Made by a program: the position numbers and the translations under genes
Origin: Oikopleura dioica
Lineage: Eukaryota > Animalia > Chordata
Assembly (NCBI GenBank): GCA_907165135.1
Contig: OU015566.1
Coordinates: forward strand, 1,860,001 to 1,924,000
Length of the DNA stretch: 64,000 bases
Direction: 5' to 3'
The notes under the pieces: generated by a model
The model's input: only the letters and a program-made list of their open reading frames with translations
What the model was told of the DNA's origin: nothing
The model's database searches: none
Part shown: piece after piece, positions 13,607 through 26,220 of the stretch
How the letters are laid out: each line of letters opens with the position of its first letter
Numbering within the stretch: position 1 is the first letter of the stretch

Positions 13607-14020
13607 TTATTTGGAAAAACAGGAGTAAGAATCTTCTTCCAGCTCCCGAACTGCTTGTTGGAAGTCAACTGTCTGCCAGTCTTGGTCTCTTGCGAAGAAA
13701 ATTGACTCATCAAGGATCTTTTTGACGCATTTTGCTTCTGCAGTTGGTGCTGATGTACAGTCATCAGTCTTAAAAGCAACGGTGAAATACTGTTTTGAAT
13801 TCATTTTTACCTCTTCGTCAAATCGATCGCAAAGTGATTCAAGAACGCAAAAAGAAGTATCTCGGAAAAGTTCGAACAAACAAACGAGCTGATCTTCTGG
13901 TTCATTCAATCTTTCGCATTTTCTCAATTCTCGATTGAACTTATCCCAGCAGTCTTTGAAAGTAGCTGGAATCGCCTGCTCGGCAAAAACAGCGGCAATT
14001 AAAGCGATTGAAACTTTCAT
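13607..14020 (-). CDS. Small secreted cysteine-containing orphan protein
   Basis: ATG at 14020, signal peptide MKVSIALIAAVFA, several Cys, and a likely 42-nt in-frame intron (gtaaaa...ttttaag). Confidence 0.65.
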   Translation of the reverse strand: MKVSIALIAAVFAEQAIPATFKDCWDKFNRELRKCERLNEPEDQLVCLFELFRDTSFCVLESLCDRFDEEVKMNSKQYFTVAFKTDDCTSAPTAEAKCVKKILDESIFFARDQDWQTVDFQQAVRELEEDSYSCFSK

Positions 14021-14601
14021 TTTGAAAAAAACGAATGGCGCGAAATTGCTTCCGATAATTGAAGAAAATGAAGAAATTTTAGCAGCTGCGGAAATTCTCA
14101 AAGCCAAAGATTGAGAAAGAGAGAGATGAGTTCGAAGTTTGAGTATTATCAGGACTGGCAAGTTCTCGCCGCCTTTGGAGTTTTTCTTGTGTTTCTGACT
14201 TTATGTAAGGCATTTTCATCGATTTGATTTGATAGAATTCAAGTCGTTGTGTGGATGATTTATTGGATGAAATTCGGATACGAAGAGAAAGTGGAGAAAA
14301 CGATGAAAAAATATCGCAGAAGACGAAGATTTCAACAGAAAATCTACGACTGTATATAAAATCTGATGAATAATTCGATGATTTGCGGGACCTGGATGTT
14401 TTCTAATTACAGGAAAAATCGCCCAGTTCATTCACCTGCTAATTAAGCGTTCCTTCTCGTCTGCATAATGCATCAAATAAACCCAATAATAAATATGCAG
14501 ATCAATAGTCTGTTAACTAAGTTTTGCTCCCAACCCTAGTACGCAGCGCGTCAGAAATATTTTTTTTTTCATTCTCTTGGCTTTTATCGGTTAATCGGTT
14601 T

Positions 14602-17582
14602 ATGTCCACATCCGATATTTTAGAGACGGTTTTTGTTCTGACAGAAGATGAGAGAGACAAACTCGAGGATGTTTTCAGGTAGTTGTTATTTCGGGAATGA
14701 TCTAATAATTTTCCAGTCATGAAAAGGAAAATATTCCGGCAATTTTCTTCGATAATGGAAAAGTTGTTTATATTTATTTTCTCACAAAAATTTAAAAAAT
14801 TAAAAAAATCTATAAAAAGATTTCATTTTAAAAATTATCATTTCTGACTCGAATTTTTATTTTCTTGAAATAAGACTAAATAAGTCTTCATTCAAAAAGA
14901 CTGAGATTTTCAGGTCTATCGGAATCTTTATTAAAAAGAAGAAAGTATACTTTCGTGGAAAAATAAGCTTGAAACTGTCATTTTTTAATTAAGACGAAAT
15001 CTGGTGATTCTTCGCGCTGAAAAATCAAGAATCAATTCTCTGGAGCGAAAAACGCCCTTGATCGAGCAATCAGGAGCATCCCCAAGTCGAAATGCTTGCA
15101 GCTTCTGCAACACGAAATTTCTCTTTTTCTGGCTCCGATTGAAGATTTGCTCCGACTGCGGTTGTAAATATTGCAAAGCGTGTCTAATTGAAACGCGGCA
15201 GAAGAACAGGAGCATTTTACGCTGCCGACTGTGCAAAAATAAACGACAGTTTCGTTCGCAATCTGGCACATGGGTGAGTTCATTTGCGAGCGTATAGTCG
15301 TTACTGTATCGATGTCGTAAAAAAGCATTTTAGATCAAGTATTTGACGCAAGATGAGAGGCCGTTCGGGATTTCAATAGATTTTCTGGCGAATCTGATTG
15401 AAAGGAACAGTTGTTTATCAAGTTTTTTCGGGTCAAATTTTTAACACAGTGATCCCCTTATTTTTCTGATTTGTTAATTTTTCTCTGAAGGCCAAAAATA
15501 TTAATTTCTGAGAATTTCTGGACGTTGAAAATCACAATTCATTATATCTTCGACGCTTGCAAATAAGATACTGTATTTTATATGAAAAAGATTTGACAGT
15601 AGTATGCCAAATTGTAATTGACAGCTTTGAAAAGGAGAAGGGCATCTTTGGCGTCAAAAATTTCCTCGATCAATACGAATTCAACAGGTACCGACGATTT
15701 CAGATACTAAAACCCTCAAAGAGGAAAATAGTGCCTGAAAAGCAAAAAAATTATAAATTGAACAGACACTTGATTGTTTATTAAGCATCGTACTCGTCCG
15801 GATTCTCCGAGCTCTCAGCTCTTAGGTAGGATGTTTGTGATCGAAGTAGCTCCATTGGTTGAAAATTTCAGAGATTTCGGGAGTGCTAGAAAGAAGATTT
15901 TAAGAAGAGCGAGCTTGCCTAGCTTGAAAGCATCTGAAAGCATCGTAAGTTCTTTAGGGTACTCGACACCCTTAATTATTGGATAAAAAATATCGAATTC
16001 GAGCTTTTCTAGTGTTTTTTCGCGGTTTTTTTTTGTAAAAGGCATCAAAAATCACATTTGTCTATTTCCTTCATTTCATGAAGCAAATTCCTCAAATGAG
16101 CCCCAGAATAAAAGATTCATAGTATGAAAATAAATATCCTTTCTTATTGGAACGAGAAATAATTAATGTCGGCTCGTGCGGCGCAACACAGAAAGGACAC
16201 GGGGACACGGACCGAAGGGGGTTGATATAACGAGCACTGGTTGTATCAATTTATGACAAAATAAGAGCGCTTTTATTTTTTATGAGAAATGATAAAAGAA
16301 TGTGCTGTCTTCAGGTAGTATAACGTAATTGAAGCTTTTGTTGATAATTTATTATTTTTTATAAAGTTGTGATACCCTTATTTTGTAGCCAAAAATAGTG
16401 AGAAGCTTTTCGTTAATTTCCTTAATCGGCTGTAACGAAAATTCTAGAGAAGCATAAAATCAAACGAAGAAGACCTCGTCATCACCACTCCATCAGAAGA
16501 GTTACTCGAACACGGCCACGTGATCAGCTTCACGATAAGATATGATCATCGTCTTGGCATTCTGACGGTTCATCTTCGAACCATCTACGGGATTGCCCTA
16601 ACAACTCCTTCGACTATTTTTTATGTCAAAAGTAGGTCAAAAAATTAATCCCACTTTTAACTTTTTTCAGCATATCTTCTTCCAGACAAAAGTAAAGGGG
16701 CAAAACGAAAGGCTACTTGCTCTCGAGATGGGTCCATTGGTACCCACTTCAAATATCACGTGTCAGAGACAGAATTGGCACTCCGTGTCTTGCATATTTC
16801 TCTCTGGCGGTCTTCCATTCTGACTAAAAGCAGGTGCATCGCTGAGGTAAGGGGCTGCTTGAATGAACGAAAAAATAATTTCCAGGCGGGGCTGAACATG
16901 ACAACTTGGGACTGGAAAGATTTGTCGATCAGACACGAGCCACTCAACCCCGTCGAAAAAATTTTGAACAATATCACAACTTCCTCCTCTTACGATATTC
17001 TTCTTCAACCCTTCCACGGAGAGCTTGATTTCAAAATTTTATACGAAGACAAGACGAAAATCATGAGGCGAGGAACGAAAAAATCATCGTATTTTATCTT
17101 TTTCGACGATTTTCGACCATGTAAAAGAGTTCATGTGGAGCAAGCCCGGCACCTGATTCCCCCTCAAAATGACAGTGGAAGCCTTCTGCAGATTATAAAT
17201 GTGAAACTGTGTCCAGGAACTGCGAAGTTTCGCGCTCAAAGCACTGGAAATGAACCAACCGACCCAATTTTTGATAAATCCTTTGCTTTTCTCGTGAGTT
17301 TTTTCAGTCAACTTTTTTTTCATGATAATTTTAGTGGACGGCGAAATCGAGGGGAATTCAAATTGGAGTGATAAATCAGACGGATAGAGGAGCAAACACA
17401 GAAGTGGGATTTATTCAACTTATGCGAAATGAAACGGTTTGAAATTTGGGCGTGAAAAAAAGGATAAGAAATTCTAGAGATCGAAGAAATCAGTCATCCA
17501 AAAAGCGCTGGAAAACCCATACGAGTGGATTTCGGATAAGAAGGCGATAATTGTTAGACCAAAACCTGTTCGAGTTAAATAA
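14602..17582 (+). CDS. SYTL4/5-like: Synaptotagmin-like protein (Slp4/5 type): Rab-binding domain with Zn finger plus two C2 domains
   Basis: LTEDERDKLEDVFR|RNLVILRAEKSRI helix; CSFC...CSDC...CKAC...CRLC...QSGTW finger; C2A YVK|TYLLPDKSKGAKRK; C2B; C-terminal ALENPYEW. The exons join in frame through GT-AG introns. Confidence 0.85.
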
Positions 17583-17636
17583 AAGTTTATTCAAAGCTTT
17601 TCAGTTAACAGGAATGATACTGTACCATTTATCTCC

Positions 17637-18387
17637 CTAAGGAAATCGAATTTGTTCAAAGCTTGGTCTTACTTCCAATTGCGATCCAATCTGAGGCCGC
17701 TGTTTATCAGTAATGACGTAATCAGGAGCGGTGCATCCTCTTACTCCAGGAGTTCCACCCCAGAAGAATCTTTCACCTCTCTTCTTACATGTCACTCTTC
17801 TTATTCTTTTTTTCTGCGGTCCACATGTTGGCAGGAGGCAAAGATTCCCATCTCTCGAGCAGTTCCACCAATGAGCGTTTGGTAATGGCGGACAGTTTGA
17901 ACTCGGTGGTAGGCCTTTGTATGTGACACTTGTTGTTGTAGTTGTACTCGTATTAGTTTGTGTGGTAGTCGTTGAAGATGATGTTGAGATCCTGGAAGTT
18001 GTCGAAGACAATGTGGGACTCGAAGTTGAAGTCGTCACCGTAGTCGAACCAGTTTGAGGGCGGGTGTAAGTCGAGTTGGTTCCAACTGCTGTTGTTGAAG
18101 TTGGCTTTCTTGGTATAGTTCTGGTAGTTGATGTGGACGTTGATGATGTCGTCGTTTTAGAATTGTTCAAAATCATGTTGGTGGAACTCGAGGCTATCGT
18201 TGTCGGTGATGTTTGTAAGCCTTTAGAAATGATGCAAAATTTTATTTCTTTAGTTACCTCCTGCAGCTGTTTGAGAAATTTCTTCGAGAATAACTGGCTC
18301 ATTGCTGGAGGAAATCGGTCGTTTTTTACGTTTTTGACAACTCTCAATTGGGATGAAAAGGGTAAAAAATAACAGTAATGTTTTCAT
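17637..18387 (-). CDS. Secreted Thr-rich mucin-like protein with a C-terminal Cys domain (paralog A)
   Basis: MKTLLLFFTLFIPIESCQKRKKR signal and basic region, one short phase-1 intron, Thr/Ser tract, then CPPLPNAHWWNCS...C...TC...C...FW...C. Confidence 0.75.
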
Positions 18388-20117
18388 TTTGTTAAATTGC
18401 AGACTGCATGTTCCAGGGAAAACAGTCTAAAGGTGCTTTCTATTTTATTGCTCCAAGCAAGATTAAAAATGTACTAGCCCGCGTAACAATTCTCTCAAGG
18501 TTATCAAAAGAACAAAATAAAAATCATTTGCCTCTTTTGAGAAAAACGAGAATAATTTTTGACAAAAAAACGAGCCCGTGAAATAATTTATTTTGGATAA
18601 AGCAGATTTAATCTCTTACGTAAAGAGGAACGTCACAATCTTTCGTGCTTGGTGAGCGAGTCCAGAAACTTGATCGTTCCCTTATTCTGCAATACGTTTT
18701 TCTTATTTTTTTCCCGCAGGTTTTCAGAATACAGCTGTTCCCATTGTCTGAGCAGTTCCACCAGGTTGGATTGGGCAATGGTGGACATTTTGGATTCGGC
18801 TCATCTCCGACATATGTGACTGTTGTAGTTGTTGTTGCAGTTGTAGCTGTAGTCGAAGTTGAAGTTGTTGGTGTAGTTGTAGTCGTCGTCGAAGTGGTAG
18901 TCGTCGTCGAAGTTGTAGTTGTAGTCGTCGTCGATGTTGTAGTTGTTGTCGAAGTTAGGGACCGAACGGAAATCGGACCAAAATTTAGTTATGAGAGTTA
19001 TGAATGAAAAAAGGGGTATTGAAACCAGAGAAATTGAACTGCGTTCTCAATTTTCTCCCAATCCCTTCCGTTTCCGAGATATTGACCTTTGGAAAGAATT
19101 AAAATTTCAGGAACGAACCACTTTCAAGCGCGCTGTCTTACTCTGATGGTGGCGCTCCGGGGCGAGAAGCTTTTGCCGCGGCGCGTTTCGAGTTTTCACT
19201 GTGAGCGAGCCCGCGCTTCCACCAATAGGAAATTAAAAAAGAGCGATCAGGGGGATTCGAACTCACTCTTCCGACCATACCCGGCCCCATCAGAAACTAA
19301 CTAGGCCATTCGTTCTAACGCACCTGTCCCATTTTGCATGGGTATGATTTTAGTTTAATCCTGGCTTCACCGATTTCAACCATGACTTCTGCAATGTCAA
19401 TTTCGGGTTCTTCGACGTCAATCTCGACTTCTGAAATGTCGAATGATTGATTGATTTTCATCAAGATGATAAGAGTCAAAATTTTCATTTTTTCGACTTT
19501 TGAATAACCTCGAAATAAGACATATAAGAGGTCTATCGAAAGCTTAGAATGAGCAGATTAAGAATTTTGTGACCGCACTAGACTTTTGGACCAAATGTTG
19601 GCGCTAGAGAGCATTTGAACTCCAAAAACGCCAAAAATTCCCCCAATCGGTTGTTCTAAAGAAAATTTTTTAATTACTTGACCAAATTGTTTCTCTGTAC
19701 TAGAGATTAAAGATTAGGCTTCGGTCTATCTAAACCTAGTCGCAGACGGTGTCTATCTAAGCCCGAATCGGCAGAATTTCGATTCAAAAATGGCCTAAAA
19801 TGGCGTTTTTTCAAAATTCTCCAACTAAGGCCCCTCCTAGTGGTAGGTTTGCCTTGAGCAAAAAACTTCTCTGTACTAGAGAATAACGGATAGCACCTGA
19901 GCTTTCCGAAGAGCTATTGTACGGCTTAAGTCCGTTAACCAAAAACTCTCAAGAAAACGGTCGTACCTCAGGGCCTATCCCGAAAAAATTAAGGGCATTA
20001 AAAACCCGAGAAAAACCTGCATTTAACGACCTTACCTTGAAGGGCATGTTGAATCTTAACATATTGATCGTGAGATCATCGTAAGTGGAATGGTGACAGG
20101 CGAGGGTTTGATCTCTT

Positions 20118-21156
20118 CAGCCCCGTTCCTTGATTATTAAATTTAAGGGGCTTGACGGCCCTTCGGGCCGTCTCAGCCCCGTTCCTTGATTATTAAATTT
20201 AAGGGGCTTGACGGCCCTTCGGGCCGTCTCAGCCCCGTTCCTTGATTCTTAAATTTAAGGGGCTTGACGGCCCTTCGGGCCGTCTCAGCCCCGTTCCTTG
20301 ATTCTTAAATTTAAGGAGCTTGACGGCCCTTCGGGCCGTCTCAGCCCCGTTCCTTGATTCTTAAATTTAAGGGCTTGACGGCCCTTCGGGCCGTCTCAGC
20401 CCCGTTCCTTGATTCTTAAATTTAAGGGCTTGACGGCCCTTCGGGCCGTCTCAGCCCCGTTCCTTGATTCTTAAATTTAAGGGCTTGACGGCCCTTCGGG
20501 CCGTCTCAGCCCCGTTCCTTGATTCTTAAATTTAAGGGCTTGACGGCCCTTCGGGCCGTCTCAGCCCCGTTCCTTGATTCTTAAATTTAAGGGCTTGACG
20601 GCCCTTCGGGCCGTCTCAGCCCCGTTCCTTGATTCTTAAATTTAAGGGCTTGACGGCCCTTCGGGCCGTCTCAGCCCCGTTCCTTGATTCTTAAATTTAA
20701 GGGGCTTGACGGCCCTTCGGGCCGTCTCAGCCCCGTTCCTTGATTCTTAAATTTAAGGGGCTTGACGGCCCTTCGGGCCGTCTCAGCCCCGTTCCTTGAT
20801 TCTTAAATTTAAGGGCTTGACGGCCCTTCGGGCCGTCTCAGCCCCGTTCCTTGATTCTTAAATTTAAGGGGCTTGACGGCCCTTCGGGCCGTCTCAGCCC
20901 CGTTCCTTGATTCTTAAATTTAAGGGGCTTGACGGCCCTTCGGGCCGTCTCAGCCCCGTTCCTTGATTCTTAAATTTAAGGGGCTTGACGGCCCTTCGGG
21001 CCGTCTCAGCCCCGTTCCTTGATTCTTAAATTTAAGGGGCTTGACGGCCCTTCGGGCCGTCTCAGCCCCGTTCCTTGATTCTTAAATTTAAGGGGCTTGA
21101 CGGCCCTTCGGGCCGTCTCAGCCCCGTTCCTTGATTCTTAAATTTAAGGGGCTTGA
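20118..21156 (+). repeat. 55/56-bp minisatellite, 18 full units plus one partial
   Basis: Unit CAGCCCCGTTCCTTGATTCTTAAATTTAAGG(G)GCTTGACGGCCCTTCGGGCCGTCT. Copies are near-identical and carry no spacers. Confidence 0.97.
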
Positions 21157-21654
21157 GATCGGCGTCGGACTCTAAGGTGATCAATCTCAGTTATGTCCCC
21201 AACCCCACCCACACCCCTTTGGGGTGAAAATATAAATAATTCAAATTTTACGCTTTATTATGGTTTTTATATACATGTATTTTTTTTATTTTAATTTCTT
21301 TATTTGCGGATTTATTATCTTGCTTAAACTTTTTTTGAGTCGAAAAAATCATTCTTGAATTTTTAAAATGGTCGGCTAGGTTTTACTAGGCCTAATCTTG
21401 CAAAAATAAAAACACCGATTTTTTCGACCCCTACCCTTAATTTTTTGAAAATTTTTTTTTCAGATTTTTCTTGATAAGGACATGTGCAAAAACAAGTCCC
21501 ACTGGCGCAGCCCCTTGCACAATCAATTTGAGTTATTCAGAATAACTTATTCTCAAAATATGGCTACTCTGATAACTCTGAAGTGCCAGAGTTTTATCGA
21601 GTAACAAAGAGGTTTCAATATTAGTTTATAAATAAAGTTTCTCAGGCTTCAAGT

Positions 21655-21736
21655 ATTTATCAGTGGTGCATCGGTAGCGTCATGGATCGGCGTGCCGGTG
21701 CTCCGGGTTCGAATCCCGCCGTCTCGTTTTTTTTTT
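21655..21736 (+). other. tRNA-derived, Pol III-like segment (degenerate tRNA or SINE head)
   Basis: A-box-like TGGTGCATCGGTAG, B-box GGTTCGAATCC, then a T10 run. The acceptor stem does not pair, so this is not a functional tRNA. Confidence 0.5.
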
Positions 21737-22809
21737 CTCGCGCCATGGTGATGAGTCATTTTCGCTCTTGAAACCTTTAAAAGGCTTGCGCACCCAGGGA
21801 CCCCTACAAACCTATATAAATTTTTCAATTTTAGAAATGGTTTTTATTTTATCTTTCGATTTTTTTGGGGACTAAAATTGCGCATCAACTCTAGCACCCT
21901 CAAAACGACCAAATTGTGAAAACAGATGTGATTTCTCGGTCTTCCGGACATTTTTCGGGGTGGCTGTAATGAAAGAAAATGTTCGCCGTAGTCGATTTAC
22001 TATTGTAAATTTTCATTTCAAGCAATTTAAAATTTTGACCCCCGATTTGCGTTCGGTCCCTAGTCGAAGTTGTAGTTGTCGTCGAAAATGTAGTTGTGGT
22101 CGTCGTCGAAGTTGATGTTGTTGTTACAGTTGTTGTTGAAGTTGTAGTCGTCGTTGATCTTGATGTTGTGATTGATGAAGCTGTCGTTGTGATTTTTATC
22201 GTTCCTCTTGGTCCAGTTGAAGAAGTCAATATTTCTGAAGCTCCTAGAAGAACTGATTCCGTAGACGGCATGCTCGGTCTTGGCAACGTCTTTGGCGTTG
22301 TGACTGGTTTTGTTGATGGCGCCTCTGATGTCGTTGTTGGAGCTGTTGTTGTCTCTTGAATGGTCGTTTCAAGAACCGTCATCTCAGTTGTTACGGGAAC
22401 TCGCTTTTTCTTTGCACAACTCTCTGCGGGACAAATTAGGGCCAAAAACATGAGTTTGGTTATCATTTTCTCGATTTTTCTCTAAGTTCTTTTTCCTGGT
22501 ATTTTTTAGGTTCAAGTGTTCATCTATTATATTATGACTCGCTCCAAGCCATGGCTTTGCGTGTTCTTTATTTTTGCAATAAACTTTGGTTGAGTTTTCT
22601 AAAGCAGACAAGATAAGCTCTTGTAACGATTAGTTAACATTCAAATCAACAGAGATCGAACTATGCTATTTGCTTGGATTATGAGTCGCTTTATTTAAAA
22701 AAACACTTATTTAACTGACGTTATTAAGAGAATAGAACCAAAAACAAATGAGACGAAAATTTCATTTGAGATAATTTATTTGGATTTGGCTAAGTGGTGT
22801 TTTGAGGTG

Positions 22810-25158
22810 GTGAAGTAAGATATTGATGTTTCAAAGCAGCTGATGGACGGAATTGAGCACCTTATTTTCTTGGTCAGGCTCCATCTTGCGTCGAAATTTT
22901 GTCTAAAAACAGACTAGCAAAGATCTTTCGTGATTCAACTTTACCTTAAAAAAATCACCATTTCTGGTGCTTTGGCTTCTGAAGCTTGTGCTTTCTCTTT
23001 TTGTTCTTCTTCCCGCTTGGAGTATTTCCCTGAGAAGCGGTTTGAGGCTGGCCATTTTCAGCAGGCAAATCTAGCAACTTGGAATCGTCTTTGTTTTCAG
23101 CGGAGTTTTGTTTTTCGCTTTCAAGCTCTTTGGCGATCAGGATATTTCGGAGAATTTCAGCGCGAAGGGCCTAAAAAAATATAGAAATTTCAATCAAGAA
23201 AGTACTAAAAAGCAGGATATGTCAAAAAGCGACCATTTCTGAGCGACAAAATTTGATGAAAACTCCCGAGTTGTTGATTGGCCGGAAGGTGAAATACCGG
23301 TTTTTCATTGGCTAGAGATTTTTTCTTAATTAAATCGCTCAGAAATATCGCTTTGAGACACTCGCCCCAGGGGGTGCCACGAAAATTGATAATAAGGACA
23401 ACGAATAAAACTGTACTCATAACTGTCTTACCATTTCAACAAGTTCCTAATCATCAAACTTTTATTTTATTCAATCAAAATGTTCCGTACCTCGATTTCT
23501 GAAGCAGTTCGTTTCACAGCTTTTTCGCAGTCATCGGAAATCGCCTTGACTTTTTCGATCGATTCTTCGGTTGATTTTTCTTCCGAAACATTTCCGGAGT
23601 CTTTTTCGTCCTCGTTTTCCAAATCGTCGAGCTTTGGCTGCTCCGTTTTTTCTGCTTCTTCGACAATTGGCTCCGATTCTTGAGCTGGTTCTGGTTCATT
23701 TTCTGGTTCAGAAATTGGCGCTTCGTTTTGGCTCTTAGCTGGCTCTGGTTCTTCTTGTTCAACAGGCTTTTGCTCAGGTTTTGATTCGTTAGCTACAGAG
23801 ACCTTTTCTTCTGCATCACTTAGATTCTTGAGAGTTTTTGCTTCTTCGGCGAGCTCTTGCTCGAATGCTTGAATTTCCGCCTCGCTCTGTTTTCGACGAA
23901 GTTCCTTTTCTTCGTCAACTGTTTGTGATTCTTTTTCTTCTTCCTTTTGAGCTGCGGGATTTTCTGTTGGGGAGGATTCTTCTGGCTGGGATTCAGCTGG
24001 AATTTCTATTTTTTGAGGCCTCATTTTGGCCCGAGAAAAATAGCCGCGCGCGGCTTTCGAAGTCTCAATATGGCCCGAAAAAAACAGCCGCGGGCGACTT
24101 TTGAAGCCTCATTTTGGCCCAAAAAATAGCCGCGTGCGGCTTTCGAGTGAACAAGATTGTTGAGAAAAGGCCGCGCGCGGCTTTTTCGAGAAGATTCTAG
24201 CAAAAAATTGTTGATAAGGCAAGTGCGATTTCATTTTTTTGACCCTTTCCTTTTGTTTCTAGAACTTTTTCATCCTCCTTGGATTCTTCTTGTTTGTTCT
24301 CCGAATCTGGCTCACATTGAGCCAGCGCTGGGTCATTTGTTTCAATGATTTCAAACGACGAGTTGAGCGATTTCTGTTCAGCCGTTGCTTTTTCGGCGGA
24401 AACTTCAGACGCGGCGTCAGTTGCCGGAGCAGATGCGTTCTTCGCTTGCTCGGGCTCGTCGGCTTTATCTGAACGGTTTTGTGGTTAATTATTTATTCAA
24501 CCTTTTTCGTCGATTCTTATTTTTGGCAATCCCTTCTTTTTTCGATAGAATTGTGAAATTGGGAAAACTGCCAATTATAGATTCGGGTTGAAAATACCGG
24601 TATTATCGGGTTAGGGTGTTTCAAAACCGATCAGGGCAGAAACAGACTTGAGGGGAAGGATTATGAAAAATAAGGATATGGAGGGCCTTATCTTGATTTT
24701 TTGGAAATTGAAGGAAAAAGGGATGAAAACTCAACATGTATCAAGTTGAGAAACTTATTATTTGATGAAATTTTAAGAAAAAGAAGTTTCGACTCAAAAC
24801 TTTTGACTTTATTGCAAGAATAGCCGCTTGCGGCTTTTTATTCAAAGCGACAGAGGAAGTATAAGATGCTTATTCTCCATTATTTTCTCTTCATTTTATG
24901 ATTACTTTGAAGATAACTTACTTTATCTTGGAAACAATAAAGTATAACTAATCTGGAAAATCATGAGTCTAGAAAACCGCACGCGGCTTTGCGTCGAAGA
25001 AGCCAGCTTTTTAGCGCGGCTTTTTGATAAAATATTTCTTTATTTAGAAAAATTGAAACCGTCTTTATTAAACAGAATTCTTCAGCTGATTTTCGCTAGA
25101 ATTTACCTTTCTTACTGAATCCCCCCGAGCAGGTTAGGACTCTCAAGATTCGCTTCAT
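22810..25158 (-). CDS. Acidic, low-complexity multi-exon protein of unknown function
   Basis: E/K/P-rich open exons at 23467-24007, 24.24-24.47 kb and 22.95-23.18 kb. A candidate first exon is MKRILRVLTCSGDSVRK|gt. Both ends are uncertain. Confidence 0.5.
24015..24190. repeat. ~44-bp intronic tandem repeat with the palindromic core AGCCGCGCGCGGCT
   Basis: Three units plus a partial copy. Degenerate copies occur near 24820 and 24975-25020. Confidence 0.7.
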
Positions 25159-26220
25159 CGGGCGGCTTTTTCACAATTTTCTCTCTTCACTTTTTTAATA
25201 TTATTTTTTTCGTGCGTGTGCCCCTTCTCTCCTTATTCGAAAACTATCTGAGGCGCCTTCTGCGCGCGAAAAACACACAAATTCGCTGTTTTTGTTCTAG
25301 AAACAAAGCCAACGAAAAATAACAACAAGGGGGGTTCCCTTAACCCCTTTTCTCTGTATTTTCGAGGAGAAAAAAATAAGCAGCGCTGTGTGTTTCGGCT
25401 CGAGAGTCCAGTTTATGCCGCCAGAGGGCGGGTCAGGGGCTGAATTTTAGCTCAGAAGTTGGTCAGCTGTGAAAAAACTGAAGAGATCGCGAAAAATATG
25501 CGCATCGATTTCCGTTCCTGATTTTACGCGAATTTCAATAATTCAGCTCGGGAGGAAATGAAAATTTGGCGCTGCAAATTTACGAGTATGAGAAGCAAAC
25601 ATCTGGGAAGGGAATTTTTGTTTGAAAAGGATTCTCAAGAATTTTTTTTCAAACAAAAATTTTTGTTCCAAAAAATTTTAAAAGTCACTTTTTCGAAAGC
25701 TTTTACCTGAAATCGATGCTGTTCTTGATTCGAAACAGCTGATGAGTTTTGAAATGCAGAATTCAAGCAGAAACTCAAGTAGCAAACTCAAAATCACTAG
25801 AATTTGAAATTTCGTTTTCACCAAAAACTCTCTATTTCCATTTTTTCTTATCAAAATGATCGTTTCCTTCACTAACTCCATTCTCTTTTTTCGGTGTGAA
25901 AAAAACTTTTGCTTCGGTTCTGATTTTATATTTGGAGAAAACGATAGTTATGCAATGAGACGAGTAGGGCACCACGAGTACAATAATTGTGAACTTGGAA
26001 TTTTGAACTCGTTCTCAGAAAAATGCAAATAAAATCGCTAATAGTCCAGCTAATAATTCGGGTAATAGATATGTGAATATTTTTGAGACACCATAAAACT
26101 CAAACAATTTTTTAATTTATTTAATTTTATCAAAATGTATAATTGAAAAACTCTAAAATTTACGAAAAAATTGCCCATCAGAAAAGTCAATTTAAAAATC
26201 ATAAAACAATCATCGATGCA

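Larger units (their letters stand above)
18956..22062. mobile_element. Non-autonomous hAT-type DNA transposon (3107 bp)
   Basis: TIRs TAGGGACCGAACG(G/C)AAATCGG at both ends. An 8-bp TSD GTCGAAGT is at 18948-18955 and 22063-22070. No transposase ORF was found inside. Confidence 0.9.
18608..22466 (-). pseudogene. Paralog B of the Thr-rich secreted protein, interrupted by a 3.1-kb insertion
   Basis: The 5' half MITKLMFLALICPAESCAKKKR...TTST (22466-22063) and the 3' half TTT...CPPLPNPTWWNCS...VRD* (18955-18608) rejoin in frame when the insertion plus one TSD is removed. Confidence 0.85.

Noticed and set aside
20118-21156. CRISPR array
   Set aside because: The units are identical head-to-tail with no variable spacers, there are no cas genes, and the context is eukaryotic.
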